Shown one piece after another: positions 22,811-33,545 of a DNA stretch of 64,000 nucleotides. Both the position numbers and the translations under genes were made by a program. The stretch lies in contig JAHCIT010000009.1 in NCBI GenBank assembly GCA_026129095.1, positions 1-64,000 on the forward strand, written 5' to 3'. The stretch's first letter is position 1, and each line of letters begins with the position of its first letter. This DNA comes from Deltaproteobacteria bacterium (lineage in GTDB: Bacteria; JAGRBM01; JAHCIT01). Below the pieces are notes generated by a model, which was not told where the DNA came from, made no database searches, and saw nothing but the letters and a program-made list of their open reading frames with translations.

Positions 22811-24718
22811 TTATTGCCCGTCGGCCTGTTTCAAAAAGATCGCACCCAGGGGAGGAAGCGTCAGTCGCGCTGACCACTGGTGCCCATGCGCAGGAATCTG
22901 CTCGGTATCGATACCGCCAAGATTTCCCTGCCCGCTGCCACCATAGTAACGGGAATCGGTATTCAGCAGTTCGGCCCACCGCCCGCCCATCGGCAGTCCG
23001 ATCCGGTACCCATGCCGGGGCACAGGAGTCAGGTTGAATACCACAGCTACCAGTCGGTCCGGCTTCGTACCCCGCCGAAGGAAACTGACGACGCTTTGCT
23101 GGCTGTCGTGACAGTCAATCCACTGAAATCCATCAGGAGCCGCATCAAGCTCGTGCAAGGCCGGCTCACCACGATAGAGACGGTTCAGGTCACCCATCAG
23201 GCGCTGCATTCCCGCATGCAGCCCCGTGTCGGCCAGATGCCAGTCAAGGCTCTGGTCGTGATCCCATTCCCGGCGTTGACCGAATTCGGAACCCATGAAT
23301 AGCAGCTTTTTTCCCGGCTGGGCGAATTGCGCGGCGAACAGGAGCCGCAGGTTGGCAAACTGCTGCCACTCATCCCCTGGCATCTTTCCCAGCAAGGAGC
23401 CTTTTCCGTGAACTACCTCGTCATGCGAAAGCGGCAAAACAAAATTTTCAGTAAATGCATAAAGCATCCGGAACGTGATCTGGTTGTGATGAAACTGGCG
23501 GAATACCGAATCAAGGGAAAAGTATTCCAGCATGTCGTGCATCCAGCCCATGTCCCACTTGAGCCCGAACCCCAGCCCCCCGACATAAACAGGCTTGGAC
23601 ACCATAGGCCAGGCCGTCGATTCTTCGGCGACTGTCTGCACGTCCGGGTACTGGGCATAGATGGTCTCATTCAGCCATCTCAGGAATGAAATGGCCTCCA
23701 GGTTTTCCTTGCCCCCATACCGGTTCGGGATCCATTCGCCTTCCTTGCGCGAATAGTCGAGGTAAAGCATAGATGCGACGGCATCCACCCGAAGGCCATC
23801 GGCATGATATTTATCCAGCCAGAAAACTGCGCTGCTCGCCAGGAATGATCTCACCTCATGGCGGCCATAGTTGAAGATATAACTGCGCCAGTCCGGATGA
23901 TAACCGAGCCTCGGGTCCGCATGCTCATAAAGATGCGTGCCATCAAAGTAGGCAAGCCCATGTTCATCGGAAGGAAAGTGTGACGGCACCCAGTCGAGAA
24001 TAACGCCGATCCCCTCCTGATGCAGGTGATCGATCAGGTACATGAAATCCTGCGGATTGCCGTACCGGCTGGAAGGGGCGAAATACCCTGTCGTCTGATA
24101 GCCCCACGACGCATAAAACGGATGTTCCATGACCGGCAGCAGTTCGACATGGGTAAAGCCCATACGGCGGACATAAGCCGCCAGGCGGGGAGCAACCTCC
24201 CGGCACGACAGGATTCGGTCCGGTTCGGAAGGATCCCGTATCCACGAACCCAGGTGAACTTCGTAAATGGAAACCGGCGCCTGCAGTGAGTGATAGTCCC
24301 GCCGGGAAGCCATCCAGGCCCGATCATTCCACTCATAATCAAGGTTCCAGATTACTGATGCCGTTTGTGGCGGTATCTCTGCAAAATTTGCGAATGGATC
24401 GGTCTTGTCCACCGAATAGCTGCCGATACGCGATTCAATGAAATACTTGTAGCGTTGCCCGGCTGCAGCCCCAGGTACGAATAGTTCCCATACACCGGAA
24501 CTGCCCCTCGGCTCCATCGCATGGCGGCTCTTGTCCCACCCGTTAAACTCGCCGATTACCGCGATCCGGCCGGCGTTCGGTGCCCATACCGCAAACTGGA
24601 CGCCCGCAATACCATCCTGAACTACCGGATGGGCGCCAAATTTTTCGTACAAGCGGAAATGCGTCCCCTCGTTGAAGAGGTACAGGTCGTGATCCGTCAG
24701 CTTCGCTGGATGGGTCAC
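22811..24718 (-). CDS. glgB: 1,4-alpha-glucan branching enzyme
   Basis: [39 protein letters not shown] and LSHDEVVH. Confidence 0.97.
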   Translation of the reverse strand: MTHPAKLTDHDLYLFNEGTHFRLYEKFGAHPVVQDGIAGVQFAVWAPNAGRIAVIGEFNGWDKSRHAMEPRGSSGVWELFVPGAAAGQRYKYFIESRIGSYSVDKTDPFANFAEIPPQTASVIWNLDYEWNDRAWMASRRDYHSLQAPVSIYEVHLGSWIRDPSEPDRILSCREVAPRLAAYVRRMGFTHVELLPVMEHPFYASWGYQTTGYFAPSSRYGNPQDFMYLIDHLHQEGIGVILDWVPSHFPSDEHGLAYFDGTHLYEHADPRLGYHPDWRSYIFNYGRHEVRSFLASSAVFWLDKYHADGLRVDAVASMLYLDYSRKEGEWIPNRYGGKENLEAISFLRWLNETIYAQYPDVQTVAEESTAWPMVSKPVYVGGLGFGLKWDMGWMHDMLEYFSLDSVFRQFHHNQITFRMLYAFTENFVLPLSHDEVVHGKGSLLGKMPGDEWQQFANLRLLFAAQFAQPGKKLLFMGSEFGQRREWDHDQSLDWHLADTGLHAGMQRLMGDLNRLYRGEPALHELDAAPDGFQWIDCHDSQQSVVSFLRRGTKPDRLVAVVFNLTPVPRHGYRIGLPMGGRWAELLNTDSRYYGGSGQGNLGGIDTEQIPAHGHQWSARLTLPPLGAIFLKQADGQ

Positions 24719-24724
24719 AGCGTG

Positions 24725-26881
24725 TCAGCCTCCAGAACTGCCAGTAGAACCGTTCCGTATACGATTTACGAGCGCCAGCAGTTCCATAACCGCCTTGTCG
24801 CCAGCCATCGCCCCTATATCGAGGCGGGAGCGACGGCTCCAGTTGGGACATTCGTGCTGGGTACCGGGGGTGTTCTGGGGGTGTTCCTCCCCCCACAGGT
24901 CTTCCAGATTGATCAGCATAAGCCACGCGGGGCTCGCAGCCAGCCACTGAAGGCAGGCCCGCAAGACCCCTTGAGGACTTTCATCGCTTTCTGCCATCAA
25001 TCCCTGTCGCCGCAGGTAGGCAACCACCGACTGCCGGAGCCGGGCCCTCTGCTCCCGTTCATTGCCTGCCATACTCTCGTCAATATGACCCATTACGAGC
25101 CGGCGCTCGATATCGCTGCCGCTCCAGAAGGCGGCAAATGGCGGCAGATCGTGTGTATTGAAACTGGCCGCCATTGAAGGCAACGGTGGCTCGATTGCGG
25201 CTTCTGCGTTTTCACGGCAGGCGAACTGCATGACATAGAGCCGCTGGAATGAACGGCGCTCCATGCCGGAACGAACTTCATCAGGAACGGTCCCCAGATC
25301 CTCTCCGATAACTACCGCGCCCTGTTTTTTGGCCTCTAGTGCCGTTATCGCCTGGAACTCGTCAGCTTCATACCGGACATAGACACCCTCGGTGGCCGGA
25401 GCACCCTGGGGAATCCAGTAAAGCCGGTGCATGGCCATCACATGATCTATCCGGAGCAGTTTTGCGTGGCGGAAATGGTGCTGAAGGACTGCCCGCCAGT
25501 ATGCGTATCCTGCTTCCCTGAGCTGTTCAGGGTGCATGGGGGAAAACCCCCAGTTCTGGCCGCCCATAAAAAACGGATCGGGCGGCGCCCCCGTTGCAAT
25601 TCCGGTAGCGAACAGGTTTCGGTACTTCCACGCATCATAGCCGTCCGGATGGACGCCGACAGGAAGATCCAGATAGAGCCGGACACCGGCCTTTCGGCAA
25701 CTTTCTGATGCTGAACCAAGCTGTCGCTCCGAGATCCACTGGGCGTAAATGTAGTAGTCCTGTACCGCAGGGTCGTAGTCCGCATGCAATAGCTGGCCAT
25801 TACGCGCAGATTCCGGCCAGTTCCACCATGCCGTGTCGTGTTTTTCCATCGCGGCCCGGAAGGCCGCGTAGTCTGCCACGTCAGGCCGGCTTTTACGCCA
25901 TTCTTCAAATATGTCCCGGCGCTGACCGGTCCGGTCCATCAGGATCCGTGAAAGAGGCTCCAGCAGTTCGCGCTGAAGACGGTATGCCTCCCGCCAGTCG
26001 ACCAACTCGCCTTCACTAAAGGTTCGCAGCCGGTCCATGCGGCCGGCCATTGAAGCCAGCAGCCCTGAATGCTTTGCCACAGAGTATTCGTGCGTGGCCT
26101 CGGCATCTATGTATATTTCATTCCAGAACAGGCGGCTGACCGGTGCATAAGGGCTTGGATCGAACGGCTTGTCCATGAATGTGGGAAGCAGTGGAAGCGT
26201 GGCGACTGCAGCCCCGCCCTGCCTGCCGATCCATTCACCCAAACGCCCCAGCCCGGTGTAGGTTGCCGAGCCACTACCCAGCGAATAAAGCGGCAGGAAA
26301 CCGCCCCACGCCCGTCCAATACCGGTTTCTGCCGGAGACGGCGCCCTTGACGGGGCCTTCACCAGCAGGCTTTGTGCGCCCAGATGTCCGTCAGTAAGTT
26401 CCAGCCGGTAGTAATCAGGAACCAGCGAGTCTGGCAGCTCCATTCTTTTGGGAATGGTCCCCGCCTCTTCAAACCGCTCGACATTCGCATCGGGAAGTTG
26501 CTCCGGGTAAAAATCAGACGAATAAACTGGAGATCCATCTTCGGTCAGGATATTCAGTTTCCAGGCGCGCGAAAGGCCCTCCACCGGCAAACGGAAGGCA
26601 ACCGCCCCCGGTTCACCATCCCAGTGGACGACAACCGGGGGGAGTAGGTTCCCGCCTAAGGTTCTCCGTCGCCTGATAGTCGCATCAGAGCAGCTGGCCA
26701 GACCTTCAAGCCCGGCACCAAGCGAATTCAGGATCTGGCGGAGTCCCTCTTCGCTGGCATGACGCTCAACGCCCCCGATATCAAAATATGACGTCTGAAC
26801 GCCATAAAGCCGGGCAAGCTCCCAAATCGTGTTATCTGCGGCCACTTCCCGCTCCCTATCACGAGAAATGGTGTTTCCCAA
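24725..26881 (-). CDS. malQ: 4-alpha-glucanotransferase (GH77)
   Basis: SPYAPVSR, YLDLPVG, GAPPD, QNWG, RIDHVM, GEDLG and THD. Confidence 0.95.
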   Translation of the reverse strand: MGNTISRDREREVAADNTIWELARLYGVQTSYFDIGGVERHASEEGLRQILNSLGAGLEGLASCSDATIRRRRTLGGNLLPPVVVHWDGEPGAVAFRLPVEGLSRAWKLNILTEDGSPVYSSDFYPEQLPDANVERFEEAGTIPKRMELPDSLVPDYYRLELTDGHLGAQSLLVKAPSRAPSPAETGIGRAWGGFLPLYSLGSGSATYTGLGRLGEWIGRQGGAAVATLPLLPTFMDKPFDPSPYAPVSRLFWNEIYIDAEATHEYSVAKHSGLLASMAGRMDRLRTFSEGELVDWREAYRLQRELLEPLSRILMDRTGQRRDIFEEWRKSRPDVADYAAFRAAMEKHDTAWWNWPESARNGQLLHADYDPAVQDYYIYAQWISERQLGSASESCRKAGVRLYLDLPVGVHPDGYDAWKYRNLFATGIATGAPPDPFFMGGQNWGFSPMHPEQLREAGYAYWRAVLQHHFRHAKLLRIDHVMAMHRLYWIPQGAPATEGVYVRYEADEFQAITALEAKKQGAVVIGEDLGTVPDEVRSGMERRSFQRLYVMQFACRENAEAAIEPPLPSMAASFNTHDLPPFAAFWSGSDIERRLVMGHIDESMAGNEREQRARLRQSVVAYLRRQGLMAESDESPQGVLRACLQWLAASPAWLMLINLEDLWGEEHPQNTPGTQHECPNWSRRSRLDIGAMAGDKAVMELLALVNRIRNGSTGSSGG

Positions 26882-26934
26882 TCCGTCAGCTGGCGATGAC
26901 GATTGTCAGGAACACCGCAGGGAAGGCGGGTGTT

Positions 26935-28170
26935 TCAGGCTCGCTGGGCGCGGGGTTTCTTTCGCGTAGAATCCCGCCGGGACTGCCGGGACTGAAGATA
27001 TCTGGTTACCAGGATAAATACTGGCGACGCCACGAATATCGACGAATAGGTTCCAAAGATGACACCCCAGAGCATGATAAAGGCAAAATCGTGAATCACG
27101 CCACCGCCAAAGATCAGCAGTGCCGCTGCTGAAACCGCCGTCGTTCCGCCCGTAATGATCGTGCGGGACAGTGTATCACTGGCACATTGGTCGAAAAGAT
27201 CCCATAGATCAGCGGTGCGATGGCGGCTGAGCCGCTCACGAATCCGGTCAAATACAACAATCGTGTCATTCACCGAGTAGCCAACCACGGTCAGGAATGC
27301 CGCCAGGACCGGAAGTGAAAATTCGTACCCGAAAAGCACAAACATGGCCATCACCATAACGACGTCATGGAATGTGGCGAAAACTGCGCCAGTTCCGAAA
27401 CCAACCGCCGATGCAAAATCCAGCTGGGAAAACCGGATCAGGATGTAGATGAACAGGAACAGCATGGCATAAACGACAGATTCAATGGCTTTCCGCGACA
27501 GATCCTTCACGGCCGCGGGGCCTGCACCCTCCTGGCGGAGGATTTCATATCCGCGCTCACCGAAACCCTTGGTCAATGCCGCCCGGACCGCGGCCGCCCG
27601 TTCTGAAATATCCTCACCTTCCATCTTCACCTTGATCAGGTATTCGGGGCCGGTGAGATTCAGGGGCTCGTCCGCTGCTTCCGGCAAAACCGCCGTCGCC
27701 TTGCCTGCCTCTTCGGAAATTTCCGTGCCGTCTTTAGCCGGTTCGGCTGCCGCTGTTGCAGCGGCTTTTCCGACCGGAGGCTCAGCCTCACTGCCAGACG
27801 CTGTTTCTTCTCCTGCCGCTGTTTCTGCTTGCTTCTCCGCAGTAGCAATGGAACCGGCAGAAACAACTTCTCCCGTTTTCTGGCCCTCCGCCGTCAGCCC
27901 CTGGATCAGAACATCGGTCAATCCGGCTTCAGAAAGCTTCTTGCGGACTGCTGCCGTGTTCACACCAGGCTCAAACCGGACCTGAAGATCCAATCCGCCG
28001 GCGAAGTCGATCCCGTAGCGGAACTGGCCCGAAAAATACTGCCAGCCGGCAAACACGAACAGGAGCATGGAAAACGCACCGCAAATCTTTGCTGCCCTGG
28101 AAAAACGAATCAGGGTGCCCGGTTTGACAAAGGATGTGAACGGGAACTCGGGGAGCTTCTTGCCAGACAT
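26935..28170 (-). CDS. secF: Protein translocase subunit SecF
   Basis: YGIDFAGG, GYSVNDTIVVFDRIRE and GTYSSIFVASP. Confidence 0.96.
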   Translation of the reverse strand: MSGKKLPEFPFTSFVKPGTLIRFSRAAKICGAFSMLLFVFAGWQYFSGQFRYGIDFAGGLDLQVRFEPGVNTAAVRKKLSEAGLTDVLIQGLTAEGQKTGEVVSAGSIATAEKQAETAAGEETASGSEAEPPVGKAAATAAAEPAKDGTEISEEAGKATAVLPEAADEPLNLTGPEYLIKVKMEGEDISERAAAVRAALTKGFGERGYEILRQEGAGPAAVKDLSRKAIESVVYAMLFLFIYILIRFSQLDFASAVGFGTGAVFATFHDVVMVMAMFVLFGYEFSLPVLAAFLTVVGYSVNDTIVVFDRIRERLSRHRTADLWDLFDQCASDTLSRTIITGGTTAVSAAALLIFGGGVIHDFAFIMLWGVIFGTYSSIFVASPVFILVTRYLQSRQSRRDSTRKKPRAQRA

Positions 28171-28188
28171 GTATGTTCGTCCTCCGCC

Positions 28189-29793
28189 CTACAGGCTCAG
28201 TTGCTTGGGCCGCGCCGACTGGACGAGGCCGTCATAGAAAATCCGCGTGCACCAGTAGGCGGTAAACAGGTTTGCCACCAGCCCGATGACCAGAACCACG
28301 GCAAAGCCCTTGATTGGCCCGGTTCCGAAAATAAACAGCACGAACCCTGTAATCAGCGTCGTAAGGTTTGAATCGAAAATCGTCGTGAATGCCCGGTCAT
28401 AGCCGGCTTCCACCGCGCCCCGGATCGTCTTGCCCGAATAAATCTCCTCACGGATCCGCTCAAAGATCAGCACGTTCGCATCCACGCCCATGCCGACAGA
28501 AAGAGCGAGGCCCGCAATACCCGGGAGCGTAAAAACGGCGTTAAATGCCATCATAACGCCCAGAACGATCAGGACGTTCATCATGACAGCCATATTGGCC
28601 ACCAGGCCGCCGACCCGGTAGTAGACCGCCATGAAGGCCAGGACAGCGAAGGCACCAATCAGCATGGCCCTGACGCCTTGACGGATCGAATCCCGTCCAA
28701 GCGTGGGGCCCACCGTGCGCTCTTCGACAATCGTGATCTTCACCGGCAGTGGACCGGACCGAAGCACGACGGCCAAGTCCTGCGCCGATTGCTGGGTGAA
28801 ATTGCCCGAAATGATTCCATCGCGTGTAATCCGTGCCCGGATGACCGGCGCCGATTTGATCACATCGTCGAGAACAATCGCCAGCTGCTTCCCACGATGA
28901 GCCCCGGTCATCTCGCCAAACTGTTGCGCCCCTTCGGCACCAAACCGGAACCCCGTTGCAGGAGCACCGTCCTGGTCAGCCGTCAGGAATGCGTTTTCCA
29001 GGAGCGATCCGTCAACAAAGGGAGTCGTCTTGACCAGGTACCATGACGCTTCCTTCCCCGTTGTATCATCGACTTCGGGATAGACCTCAAAGCCCGCCGG
29101 TACTTCGCCGCCGTGCGGCTCCAGCAGTTGCCGCCGCGTCGGGGCTTCGGACTCCACCAGCATGAACTTCAGCACCGCTGTCCGCTGGATCACACCCTTC
29201 CACCGGGCCGATGAGGCCTGGCCAGCGAGCTGGACGACAATCTTGTGCATCCCCTGCGGATGGATGATCGGTTCAGTGACACCCATTTCGTTAATCCGGC
29301 GGTCCACCGTATCGATCGTCTGGGCGATCGTCCGGGCGCGGACATCACGCAGATATATCGACTCAATTGTTACATCCGCCTGGGTGCCGCTAATGCTCAG
29401 GCTGGCAATGTTACCAAGGTAATCCTTGATGATGGAGCGGGCGGTCTTTGCCTTCTCTTCGTCAGGGAAACGGATGGCCAACCGGTCAGGGTGCCTCTCG
29501 AATACTGCCCCTTCAATACCCTTTTCTTTTAACTGGCTATCCAGCCCGGATTCGATCACCCGGTGCTCATGGTCCAAAAGATCCTGATCATCCAGACGAA
29601 GAACCAGATGCACTCCACCCTGCAAGTCGAGGCCCAGTACCGGCGGCCATTTGAACAGGAACAGGAGGGCGATGAGGCTCATTACAATAGCCACGCCAGT
29701 CGCCCGGAACCGCACCGCGGCCGGCGCAAGAAATACGGCGCCAATGAGGGCTACGGCCACAACCCCCACCACGATCTTGATTACTAACTCCAC
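28189..29793 (-). CDS. secD: Protein translocase subunit SecD
   Basis: LGLDLQGG, LAIVLD, TVGPTLG and DANVLIFERIREE. Confidence 0.97.
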   Translation of the reverse strand: MELVIKIVVGVVAVALIGAVFLAPAAVRFRATGVAIVMSLIALLFLFKWPPVLGLDLQGGVHLVLRLDDQDLLDHEHRVIESGLDSQLKEKGIEGAVFERHPDRLAIRFPDEEKAKTARSIIKDYLGNIASLSISGTQADVTIESIYLRDVRARTIAQTIDTVDRRINEMGVTEPIIHPQGMHKIVVQLAGQASSARWKGVIQRTAVLKFMLVESEAPTRRQLLEPHGGEVPAGFEVYPEVDDTTGKEASWYLVKTTPFVDGSLLENAFLTADQDGAPATGFRFGAEGAQQFGEMTGAHRGKQLAIVLDDVIKSAPVIRARITRDGIISGNFTQQSAQDLAVVLRSGPLPVKITIVEERTVGPTLGRDSIRQGVRAMLIGAFAVLAFMAVYYRVGGLVANMAVMMNVLIVLGVMMAFNAVFTLPGIAGLALSVGMGVDANVLIFERIREEIYSGKTIRGAVEAGYDRAFTTIFDSNLTTLITGFVLFIFGTGPIKGFAVVLVIGLVANLFTAYWCTRIFYDGLVQSARPKQLSL

Positions 29794-29911
29794 TGGATTT
29801 CCTTTCCTTCCCGAAGCGGCTCCGCCGGTTGGCCAGACCAGAAAAAGTCATGGCTCATCTGACCGCACACTCACGGCCCTGGAGCCGTGTGGGCAATCAC
29901 CGTATTTTCCC

Positions 29912-30274
29912 TTAAGACTTGCCGGATTCGGCTTCCTTCTCTTTGTCTTTCTTGTTGCGAACCGAGGCAACAGCCGAACGTTCAAAATCAACACGCACAT
30001 TCTGGGCGATCTCGATCGTAAAGATTCCATTCTCAATCCGGGTGACCTTGCCATGAATGCCGCTGCTGGTCACCACGCGATCACCAACCTTGATCGCTTC
30101 CAGCATCGTCTTGACCTCTTTTTCCCGTTTTACCTGTGGGCGGATCATCAGGAAATAGAACAGCAGGATCAGAATCGGGAACCAGCCGAGCATGGCCCAC
30201 ACACTCGGCTGCTCCCCCTCTGCCGGGGGTGCTGCCATGGTCAAAGTTCCAATGATTTCAATCAGGTGAGTCAC
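29912..30274 (-). CDS. yajC: Preprotein translocase subunit YajC
   Basis: FYFLMIRPQ and GDRVVTSSGIHG. Confidence 0.95.
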   Translation of the reverse strand: MTHLIEIIGTLTMAAPPAEGEQPSVWAMLGWFPILILLFYFLMIRPQVKREKEVKTMLEAIKVGDRVVTSSGIHGKVTRIENGIFTIEIAQNVRVDFERSAVASVRNKKDKEKEAESGKS

Positions 30275-31418
30275 TTGTCATCCTCGCAAGGCGCGAACCC
30301 TTATATTCCACAAACCGCCCATCATCAATAGCGTCCCGGGCCTCCTTTAGCAGGGTTTGATAGAAGTGGAGGTTATGTAAGGCGAGCAGTCTTGGAGCCA
30401 GCATTTCGTCGGCCAGATAGAGATGCCGCAGGTAGGCCCGCGAGAAGTTCCGGCAAGCCTGACAGTCACATGTTTCATCAAGCGGACGGGGGTCGTTCCT
30501 GTACTGAAGGTTCTTGATCTTGACGACGCCCCCGCTGGTAAAGGCCTGCCCGTTACGGCCATTGCGGGTCGGGATCACGCAATCGAACATATCCACGCCC
30601 CGTTCGATGGAATTCAGGATATCTTCTGGACGGCCAATCCCCATCAAATACCGTGGCCGGGCCGGGTCCATTGCTTGTGCGGTCGCCTCCACAGTGTCCA
30701 GAAACTGCGTTGCCCCTTCACCGAGCCCAAGACCCCCGATGGCGAGACCATCAAACCGGCGGCCATCCAGTTCCATCCTGCCCAGAAGCTCCGCATGGGC
30801 CACCCGGCGTCTCGGATCAGCAGCGCCCTGCACTATCCCGAACAGGGCCAGATGCGGCTTTCGCCATGCTCTCAGTGAACGCTCCGCCCAGCGCGAAGTG
30901 CGAGCGATGGCCTGATCAAGCAGCTTTTCCGGAGCATCGTGAGGAGGACATTCGTCCAGGACCATCATGATGTCGGACCCCAGACGCTCTTGGATATCAA
31001 TGACACGTTCAGGGGTCAGTTGTCCGGTACTGCCATCCAGATGGGACTTGAACTCTACACCTGTGTCGTCGAGTTTTCTCAGACTTTCCAGCGAATAAAC
31101 CTGATACCCGCCAGAATCGGTCAGTATGGGCTTGCCCCATCCCATAAACCGGTGCAGGCCACCCAGTTCCTCAATCAGCTCCACACCCGGACGTAGAAAC
31201 AGGTGATATGTGTTTGACAGGATGATCTGCGCGCCCATGCCCGTGAGTTCATCGGGGGTGATTCCCTTGACAGTCCCTGCCGTCCCCACGGGCATGAATA
31301 CCGGAGTCTCCACTTCACCATGAAAAAGCCGCAAACGGCCGCGCCTGGCCAGGCCGACGGTCTTCGTCAGCTCGAAACCGGGCCGGAAGTTGTCAGGCGA
31401 TGAAACAGGCGTCGCCAT
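30258..31418 (-). CDS. tgt: tRNA-guanine transglycosylase
   Basis: TPVFMPVGT, TDSGGYQV, FDCVIPTRNGR, and CxCxxC...H zinc site. Confidence 0.97.
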   Translation of the reverse strand: MATPVSSPDNFRPGFELTKTVGLARRGRLRLFHGEVETPVFMPVGTAGTVKGITPDELTGMGAQIILSNTYHLFLRPGVELIEELGGLHRFMGWGKPILTDSGGYQVYSLESLRKLDDTGVEFKSHLDGSTGQLTPERVIDIQERLGSDIMMVLDECPPHDAPEKLLDQAIARTSRWAERSLRAWRKPHLALFGIVQGAADPRRRVAHAELLGRMELDGRRFDGLAIGGLGLGEGATQFLDTVEATAQAMDPARPRYLMGIGRPEDILNSIERGVDMFDCVIPTRNGRNGQAFTSGGVVKIKNLQYRNDPRPLDETCDCQACRNFSRAYLRHLYLADEMLAPRLLALHNLHFYQTLLKEARDAIDDGRFVEYKGSRLARMTSDSPD

Positions 31419-32427
31419 AGCTGTAAAACCTGTAACCCATTCCAACCGCCTCACGGTAGGCCTTGAGGATATTTTCCCGGCCCGCGAACGCCGCCACGAG
31501 CATCAGCAGACTGGATTGGGGCAGGTGGAAATTGGTAATGAGCCCGTCAATACAGCGAAACGTATAAGGTTCATGAATAAACAGCCGGGTGGACCCCGTG
31601 AGGGCTGGCGGTGTCACGCGCCATGCCGACTCCAGTGCCCGAGTCGTTGTGGTCCCAACGGCAATCACCCGTCTGTTTTCTGATCTCGCCTGCACAATCG
31701 CCCTAGCTGTTTCAGCAGGGATTTCATAGGTTTCCGACTCCAGCACACCCTGCTCAAGCACTTCATTGCGGACCGGCTGGAAGGTGCCCCAGCCCACGGC
31801 CAGATCAAGAAACCGTATAACGACATTCTCCCTGCGAATCCGGTCCAGAAGCTCTGGAGTAAAGTGAAGCCCCGCGGTGGGCGCGGCCACAGACCTGGCC
31901 TGCCCTGCGTAGACTGTTTGATACCGTTCCCGATCCATCGGCTCCGCCTTACGTTTAAAATACGGCGGGATCGGCATCTCCCCCACGCGGGAAAACCACT
32001 CGTCAGCAGTCAGTCCGGTGTCCGGAGTCAGCTTTACCAGCAGATGTTCTCCCAAACGTTCCCCAACCGACACGGTTGCCTGCGGCAGAATGAGGGGTTC
32101 GCCCGGTTTCAGCTTTGTCGTTGGCTTGGCCCGGACCTTCCATATGCCCGGCGCATGTTCTTCCAGAAACAGCAACTCGACGCCGCCGCCCGTGGCCCGC
32201 TTTCCCCGGACCCGTGCCTGGCGAACTTTCGTACGATTCAGGACCAGCACATCGCCCGGCCTGAGAAGGGCCGGCAGATCCCGGAATACCCGGTGCTGCA
32301 GCGCGCCAGTCTGCCTGTCGATTACCAGCAGGCGCGATTCGTCCCGCTGGGCCGCCGGATACCGGGCGATCTGGCCCTCCGGCAGGTCAAAATCGAAATC
32401 CTCAAGTTTCGGGACAGATTCAGTCAC
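31393..32427 (-). CDS. queA: SAM:tRNA ribosyltransferase-isomerase
   Basis: FDFDLP, YQTVYA, AAPTAGLHF, TNFHLP and YRFYSYGDA. Start GTG about 32427. Confidence 0.97.
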   Translation of the reverse strand: MTESVPKLEDFDFDLPEGQIARYPAAQRDESRLLVIDRQTGALQHRVFRDLPALLRPGDVLVLNRTKVRQARVRGKRATGGGVELLFLEEHAPGIWKVRAKPTTKLKPGEPLILPQATVSVGERLGEHLLVKLTPDTGLTADEWFSRVGEMPIPPYFKRKAEPMDRERYQTVYAGQARSVAAPTAGLHFTPELLDRIRRENVVIRFLDLAVGWGTFQPVRNEVLEQGVLESETYEIPAETARAIVQARSENRRVIAVGTTTTRALESAWRVTPPALTGSTRLFIHEPYTFRCIDGLITNFHLPQSSLLMLVAAFAGRENILKAYREAVGMGYRFYSYGDACFIA

Positions 32428-33541
32428 GCTCGATCCGCACGCCAAGGTAGTAAAAGCCGAGAATGGCAGGGTAATCCCGTCCCTCTAGAGCCATCCCCTG
32501 TGCCCCCCACTGGCAGAGGCCCACTCCATGCCCGTAGCCGGACCCGATAAAATCCACTTTTCCGCCGATCATATCTGCACGGCAGCGCAGGCTCCGAAGC
32601 ACTGTAGTCCCGGCGGCCGAACGAAACTTTGGCGCATCCACTTTCTCCGTCCCGGCATCCGTCGTAAGGACAAACTCGCGGGCCCGCTTCGATGAAGTTT
32701 TCGCGCCCACCTTGATTGCCATCAATTGGCTGCCCTTCGCTCCTGCCTGCGCAGCGGCGGCCATGACCGTTTCTGTCTCTACCTTCGCAGACCACAAATA
32801 CTCCGGAGCTTCCCGGCAGAATTCACATTCCACGCTCCGTAAATAAGGTGTATCGCGCCCCCACAAGGCAGAACCGGATTCGGTCATTCCACCACAACAG
32901 GAGTGAAAAACCGTTTCCGCTATTTTCCCGTCATGGGAGAGCCACTGGCCACTGGTTTCAGCAACCGCCCTGGTGATATTTGCATGATCGCAAACGCCAC
33001 CGTACGCCTTGTCCTGCGGGCCTGCGACAAAATCATAGTCCGCGTTCCGGCTCCGCCGCCCGCGGCGCAGCCGCTCCATTGCATAAGAACGTGCACACAC
33101 TGCCTGAGCCTGATGAGCCGCACTCTCCCACGAGGCATAGGTCTCGGCCATCACCACGCCCGGCAGATAATCTTCCATCTGGAGCGTCTCCAGCAGCCGA
33201 ATCAGGTCGCCCTCAGCCTTCAGTACCAGTTCGCCAGCATACCGGCTTCCGCCGATCAGGATTTCAGGATTTACAGAGGCGGAACTCCCCAGTTTCTTGC
33301 CGTCGGCAACGATGGCTCCGCCCGATGCGGATACTGTTACCGGGCCGGTGCCAAACTCCCGTCGCCCAATCCGGAGAGGGAACCCGCGCAAGGTGACCGG
33401 CCCCCTGCCTTCGTGGATAAGTATTGTCACACGGGGCCCGCTGGACGCTGTTGCCCTGCGACGCCAGGCAAACGCGGCCGTGGCAGTAACCGCAACCGCG
33501 CTTCGGACAAAGACCCTGCGAAAGATATTCCGGCTGCCCAT
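32420..33541 (-). CDS. SpoIID/LytB-domain lytic transglycosylase-like protein
   Basis: EDYLPGVV.AE, AQAVCARSY, FHSCCGG.TE and GYGHGVGLCQWGA. Start trimmed to ATG 33541. Confidence 0.88.
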   Translation of the reverse strand: MGSRNIFRRVFVRSAVAVTATAAFAWRRRATASSGPRVTILIHEGRGPVTLRGFPLRIGRREFGTGPVTVSASGGAIVADGKKLGSSASVNPEILIGGSRYAGELVLKAEGDLIRLLETLQMEDYLPGVVMAETYASWESAAHQAQAVCARSYAMERLRRGRRSRNADYDFVAGPQDKAYGGVCDHANITRAVAETSGQWLSHDGKIAETVFHSCCGGMTESGSALWGRDTPYLRSVECEFCREAPEYLWSAKVETETVMAAAAQAGAKGSQLMAIKVGAKTSSKRAREFVLTTDAGTEKVDAPKFRSAAGTTVLRSLRCRADMIGGKVDFIGSGYGHGVGLCQWGAQGMALEGRDYPAILGFYYLGVRIERD

Positions 33542-33545
33542 CGGC

